This document shows positions 1 through 10,293 of a stretch of 64,000 bases of DNA, one piece after another. The notes under the pieces are model-generated. The model did not search any database. It was not told the DNA's origin and was given only the letters and a program-made list of their open reading frames with translations. Made by a program: the position numbers and the translations under genes. The first letter of the stretch is position 1. Every line of letters starts with the position of its first letter. Source of the DNA: an uncultured Clostridia bacterium (lineage in GTDB: Bacteria > Bacillota > Clostridia > Oscillospirales > Acutalibacteraceae). Where the stretch lies: contig CAMAZY010000014.1 in the NCBI GenBank assembly GCA_945863885.1, positions 500 to 64,499 of the forward strand, in the 5' to 3' direction.

Positions 1-59
1 CGACAAGCTAAAATTTGTCGTCAAGCATATTCTCAAACCTCAAATCCATATCAAAAACA

Positions 60-92
60 GGGAAGCGGCTTCAAGTCACTTCCCCTTTTTTA
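60..92. terminator. Terminator-like hairpin downstream of argH, usable on either strand
   Basis: Stem gggaag (60-65) / cttccc (79-84). T-run at 86-91 on the + strand. A-run at 53-57 gives a T-run on the - strand. About 80 nt past the argH stop. Confidence 0.45.
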
Positions 93-173
93 TCTATATA
101 ATTCTTTTTGCTCGTACTTCGGTATTATCCCGACAACTGTCGTCCGTGAAAACACCGCACCCATGAGGTAAAC

Positions 174-1553
174 TCATTTTCTTTCGTCAATCTTCTTTTC
201 CATTGCTTCAATCTCCCGGAGCACACATTCCGGTGACGGACCACCTTTGACGGTGCGCTTTTTGACGCAGTTGTCAAGGTCGATGGCTTCATAAACGTCC
301 GTATCAAAAATATCGCAGACCTTTTTGTATTCTGCAATCGGGAGCGTTTCGAGCGTCAGCCCCTTGTCAATACAAAGCGCAACCAGTTCGCCTGTCGCCT
401 TGTAAGCGTCACGGAACGGCAAGCCCTTATACACAAGATAGTCGGCGCAGTCGGTCGCATTGATAAAGCCCTTGGCGGCGGCGTTTCTCATGTTCTCTTT
501 GAGCACCTTTGCCGTGTCGAGCATCGGGGCGAGGGTATCGACACACATCAGCACCGTGTCAACGGCATCAAAGACCGCCTCTTTATCCTCCTGCATATCC
601 TTGTTATACGCAAGCGGAATGCCTTTCATGACGGTCAGAAGCGTCATCAGGTCACCGAACACCCTGCCCGATTTGCCTCTGACAAGCTCGGCAATATCGG
701 GGTTCTTTTTCTGCGGCATGATACTGCTGCCGGTCGAAAAAGCGTCGTCAAGCTCGATAAACTTGAACTCCCACGAGCACCACATGATGATTTCCTCGGC
801 GAAGCGGGAAAGATGCACCATCACGATTGAGAGCATCGAGAGTAATTCAAGCACATAGTCACGGTCGGAAACACCGTCAAGGCTGTTGTCCGATACACCC
901 GAAAGGCCTAAAAGACCGGCAACATATTCACGGTCAAGCGGATAGGTCGTACCGGCAAGAGCTCCTGAACCCAAGGGAGACACCGCCATACGCTTTTTGC
1001 AGTCGGAAAGCCGGTCGAGATCACGCATGAGCATACTTGCATACGCCATGAGATGATGACCGAACGTAATCGGCTGAGCCCGCTGTAAATGCGTGTAGCC
1101 GGGCATAACGGCATCATAGTTTTCCTTCGCCTTATTCACGATCACCCGGATAAGGCCGGTGATTGACTTTTTGAGTTTTTCGCTTTCGTCAAGCAAGTAA
1201 AGCCGCAAATCGAGCGCAACCTGGTCGTTTCGGCTTCGTGCGGTGTGAAGCCGTTTTCCGCTGTCACCGATTCTTTTTGTCAGTTCGCCCTCAACAAAGG
1301 TGTGAATATCCTCGGCGGTCATGTCAATTGAAAGCTCACCGCTTTCGATTTCAGCGGCAATCTCTTTCAGGGAAGCGACGATTTTTTCGCTTTCCGACTT
1401 GTCAATGATTCCCTGCTTACCGAGCATCGTTGCATGAGCGACCGAGCCTTTAATGTCCTGCTCAGCCATGCGGCAGTCAAAGCGAATCGAGGAATTGAAA
1501 TCGTTTGTTTTTTTATCAAGTGTCTTTTTAAAGCGTCCTGTCCATAAAGGCAT
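174..1553 (-). CDS. argH: Argininosuccinate lyase
   Basis: Track ORF is 174..1670. I set the start at the internal ATG 1551-1553 (MPLWTGRFKK...), with GGAGGA 7-8 nt upstream; the longer form would overlap the ddl 3' end. Lyase_1 family signature GSSIMPQKKNPD. Length is typical at about 459 aa. Confidence 0.93.
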   Translation of the reverse strand: MPLWTGRFKKTLDKKTNDFNSSIRFDCRMAEQDIKGSVAHATMLGKQGIIDKSESEKIVASLKEIAAEIESGELSIDMTAEDIHTFVEGELTKRIGDSGKRLHTARSRNDQVALDLRLYLLDESEKLKKSITGLIRVIVNKAKENYDAVMPGYTHLQRAQPITFGHHLMAYASMLMRDLDRLSDCKKRMAVSPLGSGALAGTTYPLDREYVAGLLGLSGVSDNSLDGVSDRDYVLELLSMLSIVMVHLSRFAEEIIMWCSWEFKFIELDDAFSTGSSIMPQKKNPDIAELVRGKSGRVFGDLMTLLTVMKGIPLAYNKDMQEDKEAVFDAVDTVLMCVDTLAPMLDTAKVLKENMRNAAAKGFINATDCADYLVYKGLPFRDAYKATGELVALCIDKGLTLETLPIAEYKKVCDIFDTDVYEAIDLDNCVKKRTVKGGPSPECVLREIEAMEKKIDERK

Positions 1554-1569
1554 GAAAATTTCCTCCCTA

Positions 1570-2832
1570 TTAAAGCTTTGCGCCGCCCTTGGCTCCCTTC
1601 GTGCCGCCGGAAAGATTCGCTCCCTGAAGCACGTTCGAGTCAAAGGTATAGGTGATGTTTTCGCTTTCACGCTCCCGCTTTAAGGAAAGGGAGATCATTT
1701 TGTCAAGAAGCTTCTTGTAGGGAACACCTTTCGGCTCCCAGAGATAGAATGACAGCGAGCCGGGAATCGTGTTGATTTCGTTCAGCCAGATTTCGCCGCT
1801 TTTTTCGTCCATCATAAAGTCGATTCTTGACACACCGTTACAGCCGAGCACCTGAAACGCCTTGACGGCAAGTGACTGTATCGTCTCTTTTTGTTCGTCG
1901 GTGATTTCCGCAGGAATCTTCCGGCTTAAGGACGCCATGCCGGCACTGCCGGACTTTGCGCCGCCTTTGGCTCCGCCGAGCTTTGGCGGCATTTTTGCGC
2001 CCTTGGCGCCCTTTGTTCCGCCGCCGCTTAAGTACTTTTCGCTGAAATCGAGAATGTCGCCGTGGCTGATCGGCTCTTCACACTCGGAGGCTTCGGCTGC
2101 TTCGTAGTCGCCGCAGACCGAGCAGTTGATTTCCTTGAGATTCTGAACCGCTTTTTCAACAAGCACCTTGTCGGCGTAGCAAAATGCCGTTTCCAGCGAG
2201 GAGGCAAGAGCGTCTCTGTCCTTTGCCTTTGAGATACCGATGGACGAGCCTAAGTTGACCGGCTTTACAATCATCGGATAGTCGATTGCCTGTTCAATGC
2301 TGTCAATTACGTTTTCGCTGTCCTCGTCATACTGCTTCGAGGTAAAGCACTTGCAGTCGAGCACGGGAATGCCATTATCCTTGAGTACGGTTTTCATGAC
2401 ATATTTATCCATGCCGACCGCCGAGGAAACAACGTCACAGCCGACATACGGAATGTTGAGCATTTTTAAGTAGCCCTGAAGCGTGCCGTCCTCGACGTTC
2501 GTGCCGTGAACGATCGGAAAAGCGATATCGATATAGTCAACGTACGGGTTCGAAAAACGCTTGAACGGATACTTGATGATTTTTGTTTTGCCCTCATCGG
2601 AAACAAGAATGACACGTTGACTTTTATTCAACAGCTGTTTGATACCGTTTGCGTATTCTTCGATTTTGCCGATGCCCTCGCCGATATAAAACTCGTTATT
2701 CTTTGTGACGTAAATCGGAATCACATCATATTTTTCGGTGTCGAGATAGCCGATGGCCTGAATGGCGGAAATGATGGAAATTTCGTGTTCAACGCTTTTT
2801 CCGCCGAAAAGAACACCTACCTTTATTTTCAT
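1570..2832 (-). CDS. ddl: D-alanine--D-alanine ligase with an expanded omega loop and a Gly/Ala/Lys C-terminal tail
   Basis: N-terminus KIKVGVLFGGKSVEHEISIISA, then FPIVHGTNVEDGTLQG, the ATP-grasp core and EINTIPG. SEKYLS aligns with the E. coli DdlB omega-loop AKYLS. 420 aa, against about 306-365 aa for typical Ddl. Confidence 0.88.
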   Translation of the reverse strand: MKIKVGVLFGGKSVEHEISIISAIQAIGYLDTEKYDVIPIYVTKNNEFYIGEGIGKIEEYANGIKQLLNKSQRVILVSDEGKTKIIKYPFKRFSNPYVDYIDIAFPIVHGTNVEDGTLQGYLKMLNIPYVGCDVVSSAVGMDKYVMKTVLKDNGIPVLDCKCFTSKQYDEDSENVIDSIEQAIDYPMIVKPVNLGSSIGISKAKDRDALASSLETAFCYADKVLVEKAVQNLKEINCSVCGDYEAAEASECEEPISHGDILDFSEKYLSGGGTKGAKGAKMPPKLGGAKGGAKSGSAGMASLSRKIPAEITDEQKETIQSLAVKAFQVLGCNGVSRIDFMMDEKSGEIWLNEINTIPGSLSFYLWEPKGVPYKKLLDKMISLSLKRERESENITYTFDSNVLQGANLSGGTKGAKGGAKL

Positions 2833-2851
2833 TCATAAAACCCCTTTCGGT

Positions 2852-4435
2852 TTAGTAGTTGTCGGGAAGGTCGTTTTCAAGAAGAATGACCTTCTTTTTG
2901 CCGTGGCTTGCCAAAGCATAAACGTGCGTCAGTGCCTCGTTAATTGTGGAAGCGACAAAGATTTTGTTCTCATCATAGTTTTCGTCAAGAAGTCCGGCTT
3001 TGATGGGAACAGCCTGCTTCTGACCGACAAGGACAACATAGTCGCATACCTTCGCCGCATTTTGTCCGAATTCACGGTTGAGTTCGTCCTGCTTTTCTCC
3101 AAGCTCGACCATACCGGGCGTGACGAGGATTTTAAATCCGTCGAAAAGGCTGAGTGCTTCGAGCGCCGCTTTCGTACCGCTCGGATTTGAGTTGTAAGCG
3201 TCGTCGATAATCGTAACGCCATTTTTCTCCGTCAGCTCAAGACGGTGCGGAACACCGGCAAGCTTTCTGACCTGACCTTTGAGGTCGGAAAGAGGAATCC
3301 CGAGCTTATGGCTGATGGCGATTGCGCCGACGATGTTCAGAACGTTGTGACGACCGATCAGCCTTGTCGAATAGCGCTCGGTTTCGCCGTCTCTTGTGCG
3401 GACAGAAAACGACGTGCCTTTTTCGCTGACCGAAAGGTCGTAGGCGACATAGTCCGCGTCACCCTCAACGCTGTATGTGATTGCCGGTCTTTTACAGCCG
3501 TAGTCTTTAATGTTCTGATCGTCCCCGTTCAGGAACAACATACCGTCCTCGGGTAAAGCGTCGGCAAGCTCGAACTTTGTGCTTTTGACCGCATCGAGCG
3601 TTTTGAACGATTCAAGATGCTGAGGACCGATGGACGTGATGATACCGTGCTTCGGGTGAACGATGTCGCAAAGCTCCTTGATATCGCCGACCCATTTGGC
3701 GCCCATTTCGCAGATGAAAATTTCGTGCGTGGCTTTCAGCGAGCCTCGTATTGTTTTCACTACGCCCATCGGGGTGTTGTAGCTTTCGGGGGTCATGAGA
3801 ACATTATATTTTGCCCGTAAAAGCGTATTGAGGTAGTATTTGACGCTCGTTTTGCCGTAGCTTCCCGTAACGCCGATAATCGTAAGGTCGGGACAGGCGG
3901 CAAGAATTTTCTTGGCGTCGTTGGTGTAGTGGCGGTTAATCGAAAGCTCGATCGGCTTGTTGATAAGGTTTGCCAGAAGGACAAGCAAGGGCGATAGAGC
4001 ATAAAGAAGAACCAAGGCGGCCGCCGCAATCGTCTGACGTTTTACGATAAAGCAGGGAACGGCTGTTGCAACCATACACACGACAGCAAAAACGGAAAGC
4101 GTCACAAGCATTCTTTTGACTCTCGGCGTATAAACCAAGGGCTTCTTGGCCTTCTTCGGTATTTCCGGCTTGATTGTGACGGCGAAAAGGACAGCAAGCA
4201 GTATCAGCTTTACCTTAATCTTGATCGGAACCGTTACGACAATAAGAAGCATGACCGACAAAATGGCATGCGGAAGATACTTACTGTGGTTTTCTTTGAG
4301 CCATTTGGTGTGCGTGTCAAAACGGTAGGAATTGAGCTGGAAAAAGTGCATTGAGTCTACAACTGACAACGATGTGCTGACCATAAACAGCAAAACGCAT
4401 ATCAGATAAAAAATTAAAGTCAGAAGCATAACCAA
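2852..4435 (-). CDS. murF: Mur ligase family protein, MurF-like, with a hydrophobic N-terminal domain of about 165 aa
   Basis: P-loop GVTGSYGKTS, DDAYNSNP, and a C-terminal Mur ligase domain (LVTPGMVELG). Sits directly upstream of ddl with a 19-nt gap. Residues 1-165 contain 4-5 predicted TM helices. Confidence 0.72.
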   Translation of the reverse strand: MVMLLTLIFYLICVLLFMVSTSLSVVDSMHFFQLNSYRFDTHTKWLKENHSKYLPHAILSVMLLIVVTVPIKIKVKLILLAVLFAVTIKPEIPKKAKKPLVYTPRVKRMLVTLSVFAVVCMVATAVPCFIVKRQTIAAAALVLLYALSPLLVLLANLINKPIELSINRHYTNDAKKILAACPDLTIIGVTGSYGKTSVKYYLNTLLRAKYNVLMTPESYNTPMGVVKTIRGSLKATHEIFICEMGAKWVGDIKELCDIVHPKHGIITSIGPQHLESFKTLDAVKSTKFELADALPEDGMLFLNGDDQNIKDYGCKRPAITYSVEGDADYVAYDLSVSEKGTSFSVRTRDGETERYSTRLIGRHNVLNIVGAIAISHKLGIPLSDLKGQVRKLAGVPHRLELTEKNGVTIIDDAYNSNPSGTKAALEALSLFDGFKILVTPGMVELGEKQDELNREFGQNAAKVCDYVVLVGQKQAVPIKAGLLDENYDENKIFVASTINEALTHVYALASHGKKKVILLENDLPDNY

Positions 4436-4446
4436 ACCCCTTTCGT

Positions 4447-5217
4447 TTAAAGCTGGATGTTCATAAACGAGGCAAGCACCCGTAAAAACTGCGCCTGCTG
4501 TTCAAGAAATGAGTAGTGACCGGCGTTTTCGAAAACAACCAACGCCGATTCGGGCATCAGCTTTTCCATCAGCTGACCGTCCGAAACGGGGGTTGCGTCG
4601 TCGTTTCGTCCCCAGATGAGAAGGGTGGGGCACTTCACCGACGACATAAGGTCGGTCAGGTCTTCGTTGACGACCTTGACAAGCGTCGCACGCATGACGG
4701 GAGAAGCGGCGTTATAATCGGCTGAGCCGTTCTTTTTTCTTAAATTTTCGAGCGCATCGGGGAACATCGTCTTAACCGCCTTGGTTTCAAAAAGACGCTT
4801 TGTCATTTTGTAGCCCTTTTGCTTGATTTTCTGCGAGGTCGTTTTTTCGGGCTTGACGCCGGCGGAATCGACAAGGATCACCTTTTCGATTTCAAACGGA
4901 AGCGAACGGGCGCAAAGCTTGATGATAACTCTTCCGCCGAATGAATGACCCAACAGTGTCACCTTTTCAAATTCATACTTTGAAAGAAACTTCAAAACAA
5001 AATCCACATAGTCGTCCACACACCACGGCTCTTTCGGCTCGTCGCTTTCACCGAAGCCCGGCATATCAAAAGCAAGTACTTTATATTTCGTACTCAGCAA
5101 ATCAATGGTAGCATTAAAAAGGGTGATATTCGAGCCCCAGCCATGCAAAAGCACAACAAGCTCACCCTCGCCTTTCAATACATAGTTAATATTCAATCCG
5201 TCAATATTCTCAGTCAA
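4447..5217 (-). CDS. Alpha/beta hydrolase
   Basis: HGWGSN oxyanion region and GHSFGG nucleophile elbow. I prefer the TTG start at 5217, which lies 7 nt after AAGGAGG. The track start at 5277 would read through the SD sequence. Confidence 0.7.
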   Translation of the reverse strand: MTENIDGLNINYVLKGEGELVVLLHGWGSNITLFNATIDLLSTKYKVLAFDMPGFGESDEPKEPWCVDDYVDFVLKFLSKYEFEKVTLLGHSFGGRVIIKLCARSLPFEIEKVILVDSAGVKPEKTTSQKIKQKGYKMTKRLFETKAVKTMFPDALENLRKKNGSADYNAASPVMRATLVKVVNEDLTDLMSSVKCPTLLIWGRNDDATPVSDGQLMEKLMPESALVVFENAGHYSFLEQQAQFLRVLASFMNIQL

Positions 5218-5401
5218 AAGGAAACCTCCTTTGTAAGTTTCAAAAATATATACGCATAATCTAATAGAGTATACCATAAAATAAGAAGAAATTCCATAGA
5301 AATCGGAAGATTGATTTCATTTTCTTTATTTTTTTATTGTAATTATATTTGAACCCCTCAGTGATAAAATAGATTATACTTATTTATAAGGAGGAATCAT
5401 T

Positions 5402-6523
5402 ATGTCAGATGCCTTTTCCAAAATCGGTAGCTTCTTTTTGGCGATTCTGTTGTTTATCATGAGCCTGTTCGGTATTAGTCCGGAGGGCAACGACAAAAAC
5501 CCGGGAAACAATGATATACAGGAATCACAAGTTGAAAATGTGATTCTGCTTATCGGCGACGGTATGGGCGTCATGAGTATCGAAAAAACAAAATACGAAA
5601 CCGGCAAAACCCTTACGCTTGATTCTTTCGAAATCCAAAGCCGCTCTCAGACCGCTTCCGCAAACAGCAGTGTCACGGACAGCGCCGCCGGCGCAACGGC
5701 ACTTGCCTGCGGTGTCCGCACCAACAACGGCTGTGTCGGTGTCTATCCCGACGATGTGAACGCTCAGACGAGTTATCCGATGAATCTTTGCGAATTCGCA
5801 AAATCAAAAGGTATGATGACCGGTGTTGTTACGACCGACAGCACAAGAGGTGCGACGCCGGCGGGCTTTTCGGCACACACAAGCAGCCGGAATAACACAA
5901 CGGATATCACCAATCAGCAGATCAAAAGCGGAATCGACCTGATCTGGGGCGTTGCCACTTCCACCTGTAAAAAGAGTGCGGTCGAAAACGCCGGGTACGA
6001 ATATGTCGCCGACTATGCGTCGATGTCCGCTCTGACTGAGGGTACAAAGTCCTTCGGTCAGTTCACGGGCGACCTTTGGAAAAGCGACTGCGGCGATATG
6101 CCGACACTCTCTCAGATGACAGAAAAAGCCATTGACCTGCTTGACGACGGGGAGAACGGATTTTTCCTGATGGTTGAGGGTGCGCACATCGACAAAAACA
6201 GCCACAGCAACGACGGTGAGGGCATGAAAGAAGCACTTCTTTCGTTTGATGACGCCGTAAAAGTTGCCCTTGAATACGCAAAGCAGGACGAACACACGCT
6301 TGTTGTTGTCACCGCTGACCACGAAACCGGCGGAATCAAACTTGAAAACGGCGAATATGTCTACACCTCAGCCGGTCACACGGGTGCCGATGTCCCGCTT
6401 TATGTTTACGGATACGATGAATTCATCAAAGACGGCGAACAGTCTGTTCTCAACACCGATATACCAAAGCGGATTGTTGCCGCCTTAAAGCAGGACGGTT
6501 TTCCGCAGTCAATTGTTGCTTAA
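5402..6523 (+). CDS. Alkaline phosphatase family protein with an N-terminal signal/anchor
   Basis: IGDGMG, DSAAGATA (Ser nucleophile motif) and TADHETGG. Hydrophobic N-terminus. AAGGAGG SD 7 nt upstream. Confidence 0.88.
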   Translation: MSDAFSKIGSFFLAILLFIMSLFGISPEGNDKNPGNNDIQESQVENVILLIGDGMGVMSIEKTKYETGKTLTLDSFEIQSRSQTASANSSVTDSAAGATALACGVRTNNGCVGVYPDDVNAQTSYPMNLCEFAKSKGMMTGVVTTDSTRGATPAGFSAHTSSRNNTTDITNQQIKSGIDLIWGVATSTCKKSAVENAGYEYVADYASMSALTEGTKSFGQFTGDLWKSDCGDMPTLSQMTEKAIDLLDDGENGFFLMVEGAHIDKNSHSNDGEGMKEALLSFDDAVKVALEYAKQDEHTLVVVTADHETGGIKLENGEYVYTSAGHTGADVPLYVYGYDEFIKDGEQSVLNTDIPKRIVAALKQDGFPQSIVA

Positions 6524-6573
6524 GAAGCCCTTTGCTTCTTACAAATATATAATAATATAGGAGGATTTTACCA

Positions 6574-7113
6574 ATGGAACTCAAAGGATCAAAAACCGAA
6601 GCGAACCTGATGGCGGCTTTTGCCGGTGAAAGTCAGGCAAGAAACAAGTACACCTATTATGCGAGCAAGGCCAAGAAAGACGGTTATGTTCAGATTGCAA
6701 AAATCTTCGAAGAAACCGCCAATAACGAAAAGGAACACGCTAAAATCTGGTGGAAGCTTTTAACCGACGGCGGTGCAAAGTCAACGGCTGAAAACCTGAA
6801 GGATGCCGCCCTCGGTGAAAACTACGAGTGGACCGAAATGTACAAGGGCTTTGCCGAGGACGCAAGAAAAGAAGGCTTTGACAATATCGCCGTACTCTTT
6901 GAGCTTGTCGCAAAGATTGAAAAGGAACACGAAGAAAGATATCTCAAGCTTCTTGAAAACGTTGAAAAAGAGCTCGTCTTTTCCCGTGACGGCGACAGAA
7001 TGTGGATTTGCGGAAACTGCGGTCACGTTCACATCGGACCTGCCGCTCCCGAGGTTTGCCCCGTATGCGCTCATCCGAAAGCATACTTTGAAATCAAAGC
7101 AGATAACTTTTGA
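6574..7113 (+). CDS. rbr: Rubrerythrin
   Basis: Diiron ferritin-like ExxH motifs ([16 protein letters not shown]) plus a C-terminal rubredoxin CGNCGH...CPVCAHP. Confidence 0.94.
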   Translation: MELKGSKTEANLMAAFAGESQARNKYTYYASKAKKDGYVQIAKIFEETANNEKEHAKIWWKLLTDGGAKSTAENLKDAALGENYEWTEMYKGFAEDARKEGFDNIAVLFELVAKIEKEHEERYLKLLENVEKELVFSRDGDRMWICGNCGHVHIGPAAPEVCPVCAHPKAYFEIKADNF

Positions 7114-7136
7114 TAGACTTTTGTATATTCTCTCAT

Positions 7137-7166
7137 GGGTGAGCTGTTGCTCACCCTTTTGTTTTG
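7137..7166 (+). terminator. rbr terminator
   Basis: gggtgagc (7137-7144) / gctcaccc (7149-7156), followed by ttttgtttt. Confidence 0.75.
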
Positions 7167-7318
7167 GAAAAATTGCATAAAAATACGTTTTCAGATTCAT
7201 AAATGTTGGTTGCCTTGACATTGAAATGAGAAAAAAATCATGATAAAATAAGTAAAATGTTTTTGCGCGTTAAAGCGGTAATAAATAAAACCGCTTCAAT
7301 CGGGAATAATTTTAATGA

Positions 7319-8683
<1,365 letters not shown>

Positions 8684-8718
8684 ATTCAGATTTTAGATTT
8701 TAGACATCAGATATCAGA
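8684..8718 (+). repeat. Five tandem heptads NNNYAGA, located between the gdhA stop and its terminator
   Basis: attCAGA tttTAGA tttTAGA catCAGA tatCAGA with strict 7-nt periodicity. Starts 1 nt after the TAA stop. Confidence 0.8.
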
Positions 8719-8720
8719 TC

Positions 8721-8750
8721 GACCGCCGAAAGGCGGTCGGTTGTTATATT
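8721..8750 (+). terminator. gdhA terminator hairpin
   Basis: gaccgcc-gaaa-ggcggtc (GNRA-type loop), followed by ggttgttatattt. Confidence 0.65.
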
Positions 8751-8788
8751 TATTGCTTATGAATATGCATCAATATACTGACACCATA

Positions 8789-8817
8789 TTGACTTTTAAA
8801 GTAATATAAGATATACT
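8789..8817 (+). promoter_or_regulatory. Sigma-70-type promoter for the 8875 gene
   Basis: TTGACT (8789-8794), 17-nt spacer, TATACT (8812-8817). Confidence 0.55.
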
Positions 8818-8874
8818 TGAAATCGGAATTCAACCTTAAGACAAGAGTCTGGAATAACAAAAACGAGGAATAAA

Positions 8875-9546
8875 ATGCTTCTTTATAACAACACACCCGA
8901 TACCCTGCTTGTAGCCTACGGCAACACAACGGCTGTCTGCAAAAGCCGGGAAAGCCTGACGATGGAAGCCCCCGACAGTCTCATAACCATTGAATCGGGG
9001 AATCAAAGCAAATCCCCTTTTTCAAGCTTCAAGCTGATTCAGTATGAAACTTTAACGACAGCAAGATATAAGGCTTTGGACATCTGCTGCTACACGGAGT
9101 ATGCGACAAAAATTAACGTAACGCATAAGACGAAGAAAATTGTTGTCAACAAAAACAATTATTGGATGTACAATCACATGGTTTTTTCGCTGTATCAGAC
9201 CGATGAATCGGTCGAACAGGAATATGATTTTTGTAAAAAATCCGACAAAACAAGGCTGATGCTATTTTCCGCTCTCAAAGGTACTGTTTACGGTCTGATC
9301 TCATCGCTGCTTTTGATTTCGATGCTGTATTGGGCATTCACCGATTTTGAATGGCTCTGCATACCCGGACTGATTTTAGGCATCTGGTTTTTCGTTTCTT
9401 ACATTCAGTATATCATCGCCTTGCGTAAGATTCAGAATTTTAAAGACCAAGGGAATGCAATCGTTCAGTCAGAGCTTAGAAAAATACGAATCAACAAAGT
9501 GAAGCCGTGGTTTTTCAAAATTGAAAGAATCGTAACAATCATATAA
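8875..9546 (+). CDS. Hypothetical protein with two C-terminal TM helices
   Basis: GAGGA SD. 223 aa with no motif I recognise. Hydrophobic segments at VYGLISSLLLISMLYWAF and IPGLILGIWFFVSYIQYII. Lies in a locally AT-rich stretch. Confidence 0.6.
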   Translation: MLLYNNTPDTLLVAYGNTTAVCKSRESLTMEAPDSLITIESGNQSKSPFSSFKLIQYETLTTARYKALDICCYTEYATKINVTHKTKKIVVNKNNYWMYNHMVFSLYQTDESVEQEYDFCKKSDKTRLMLFSALKGTVYGLISSLLLISMLYWAFTDFEWLCIPGLILGIWFFVSYIQYIIALRKIQNFKDQGNAIVQSELRKIRINKVKPWFFKIERIVTII

Positions 9547-9630
9547 GACACAGAAACGCAAGATTGTAATGACAATGTATTGACACTTTAACAAGATCGG
9601 GTATACTTATATAAAGGAGGCATGATTGAT

Positions 9631-9954
9631 ATGAACGAATACTTTTCTGTCACAAATCTTCCAAAAACAGCCACGTTTCAAATGCGCATCAATCCTGAAG
9701 TGAAAGCTAAGGTTGAAGACATCTATGCGCACTGCGGAATGACACTGACCGACGCTGTCAACATATTTATTCAGCAATCTATCAACATCGGAGGTATGCC
9801 GCTTATCGTCACGCAAAACAGCAAAGAAGCTTTAAAGCAACAGGCGATTGCCGTTTTAATGAGCGAGCTGAAAAAGGGAGAAGATAGTGTTGAAGACAAA
9901 AGCGATGTTATTGATATTGATGATCTTGCAAAAGACTTCGGGATAAGTTTATGA
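9631..9954 (+). CDS. RelB/DinJ-family antitoxin
   Basis: MRINPEVKAKVEDIYAHCGMTLTDAVNIFIQQS is the ribbon-helix-helix RelB/DinJ N-terminus. ATG 9631 is 11 nt after AAGGAGG, whereas the track ATG 9622 is only 2 nt after it. The stop overlaps the toxin start (ATGA). Confidence 0.8.
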   Translation: MNEYFSVTNLPKTATFQMRINPEVKAKVEDIYAHCGMTLTDAVNIFIQQSINIGGMPLIVTQNSKEALKQQAIAVLMSELKKGEDSVEDKSDVIDIDDLAKDFGISL

Positions 9955-10262
9955 GAATAGTTTTTACGCCTATGGCTCATCAGGATTTAAGAGACATACA
10001 TGACTATATTTCCGACACTTTAAAAAATCCCGAAGCCGCAAAAAGCATAATACATAAAATTCTATTATCATGTCAGCGTCTCGGCGATTTTCCGAATCTG
10101 GGTGTCAGCCTGCAAGAAAAAATTGAGCGGGACACCGATTACCGCTGCCTGTTTTGCAGCAATTATATTACATTTTACACTTTTGAAGACAACATCGTCA
10201 CGGTCAGCCGAATTCTTGACGGGCGAACGGACTATATGAAAACAATCTTTTCACAGAACTGA
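9951..10262 (+). CDS. ParE/RelE-family toxin
   Basis: 103 aa, translationally coupled to the antitoxin. ParE-like pattern ...DLRDIHDYI...YRCLFCSNYITFYTFEDNIVTVSRILDGRTDY. Confidence 0.8.
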   Translation: MRIVFTPMAHQDLRDIHDYISDTLKNPEAAKSIIHKILLSCQRLGDFPNLGVSLQEKIERDTDYRCLFCSNYITFYTFEDNIVTVSRILDGRTDYMKTIFSQN

Positions 10263-10265
10263 AAA

Positions 10266-10293
10266 CTCCCTGCCGTAATTTCACGGTAGGGAG
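10266..10293. terminator. Hairpin between the convergent toxin and fumarase-beta genes
   Basis: ctccctgccgt / acggtagggag (one G-U pair). T-rich on the + side. Confidence 0.55.

Noticed and set aside
8684-8718. Heptad arrays as CRISPR or as coding microsatellites
   Set aside because: A 7-nt period with no spacers is incompatible with CRISPR. The arrays are outside ORFs, starting after stop codons or in intergenic regions, so they are not coding repeats.
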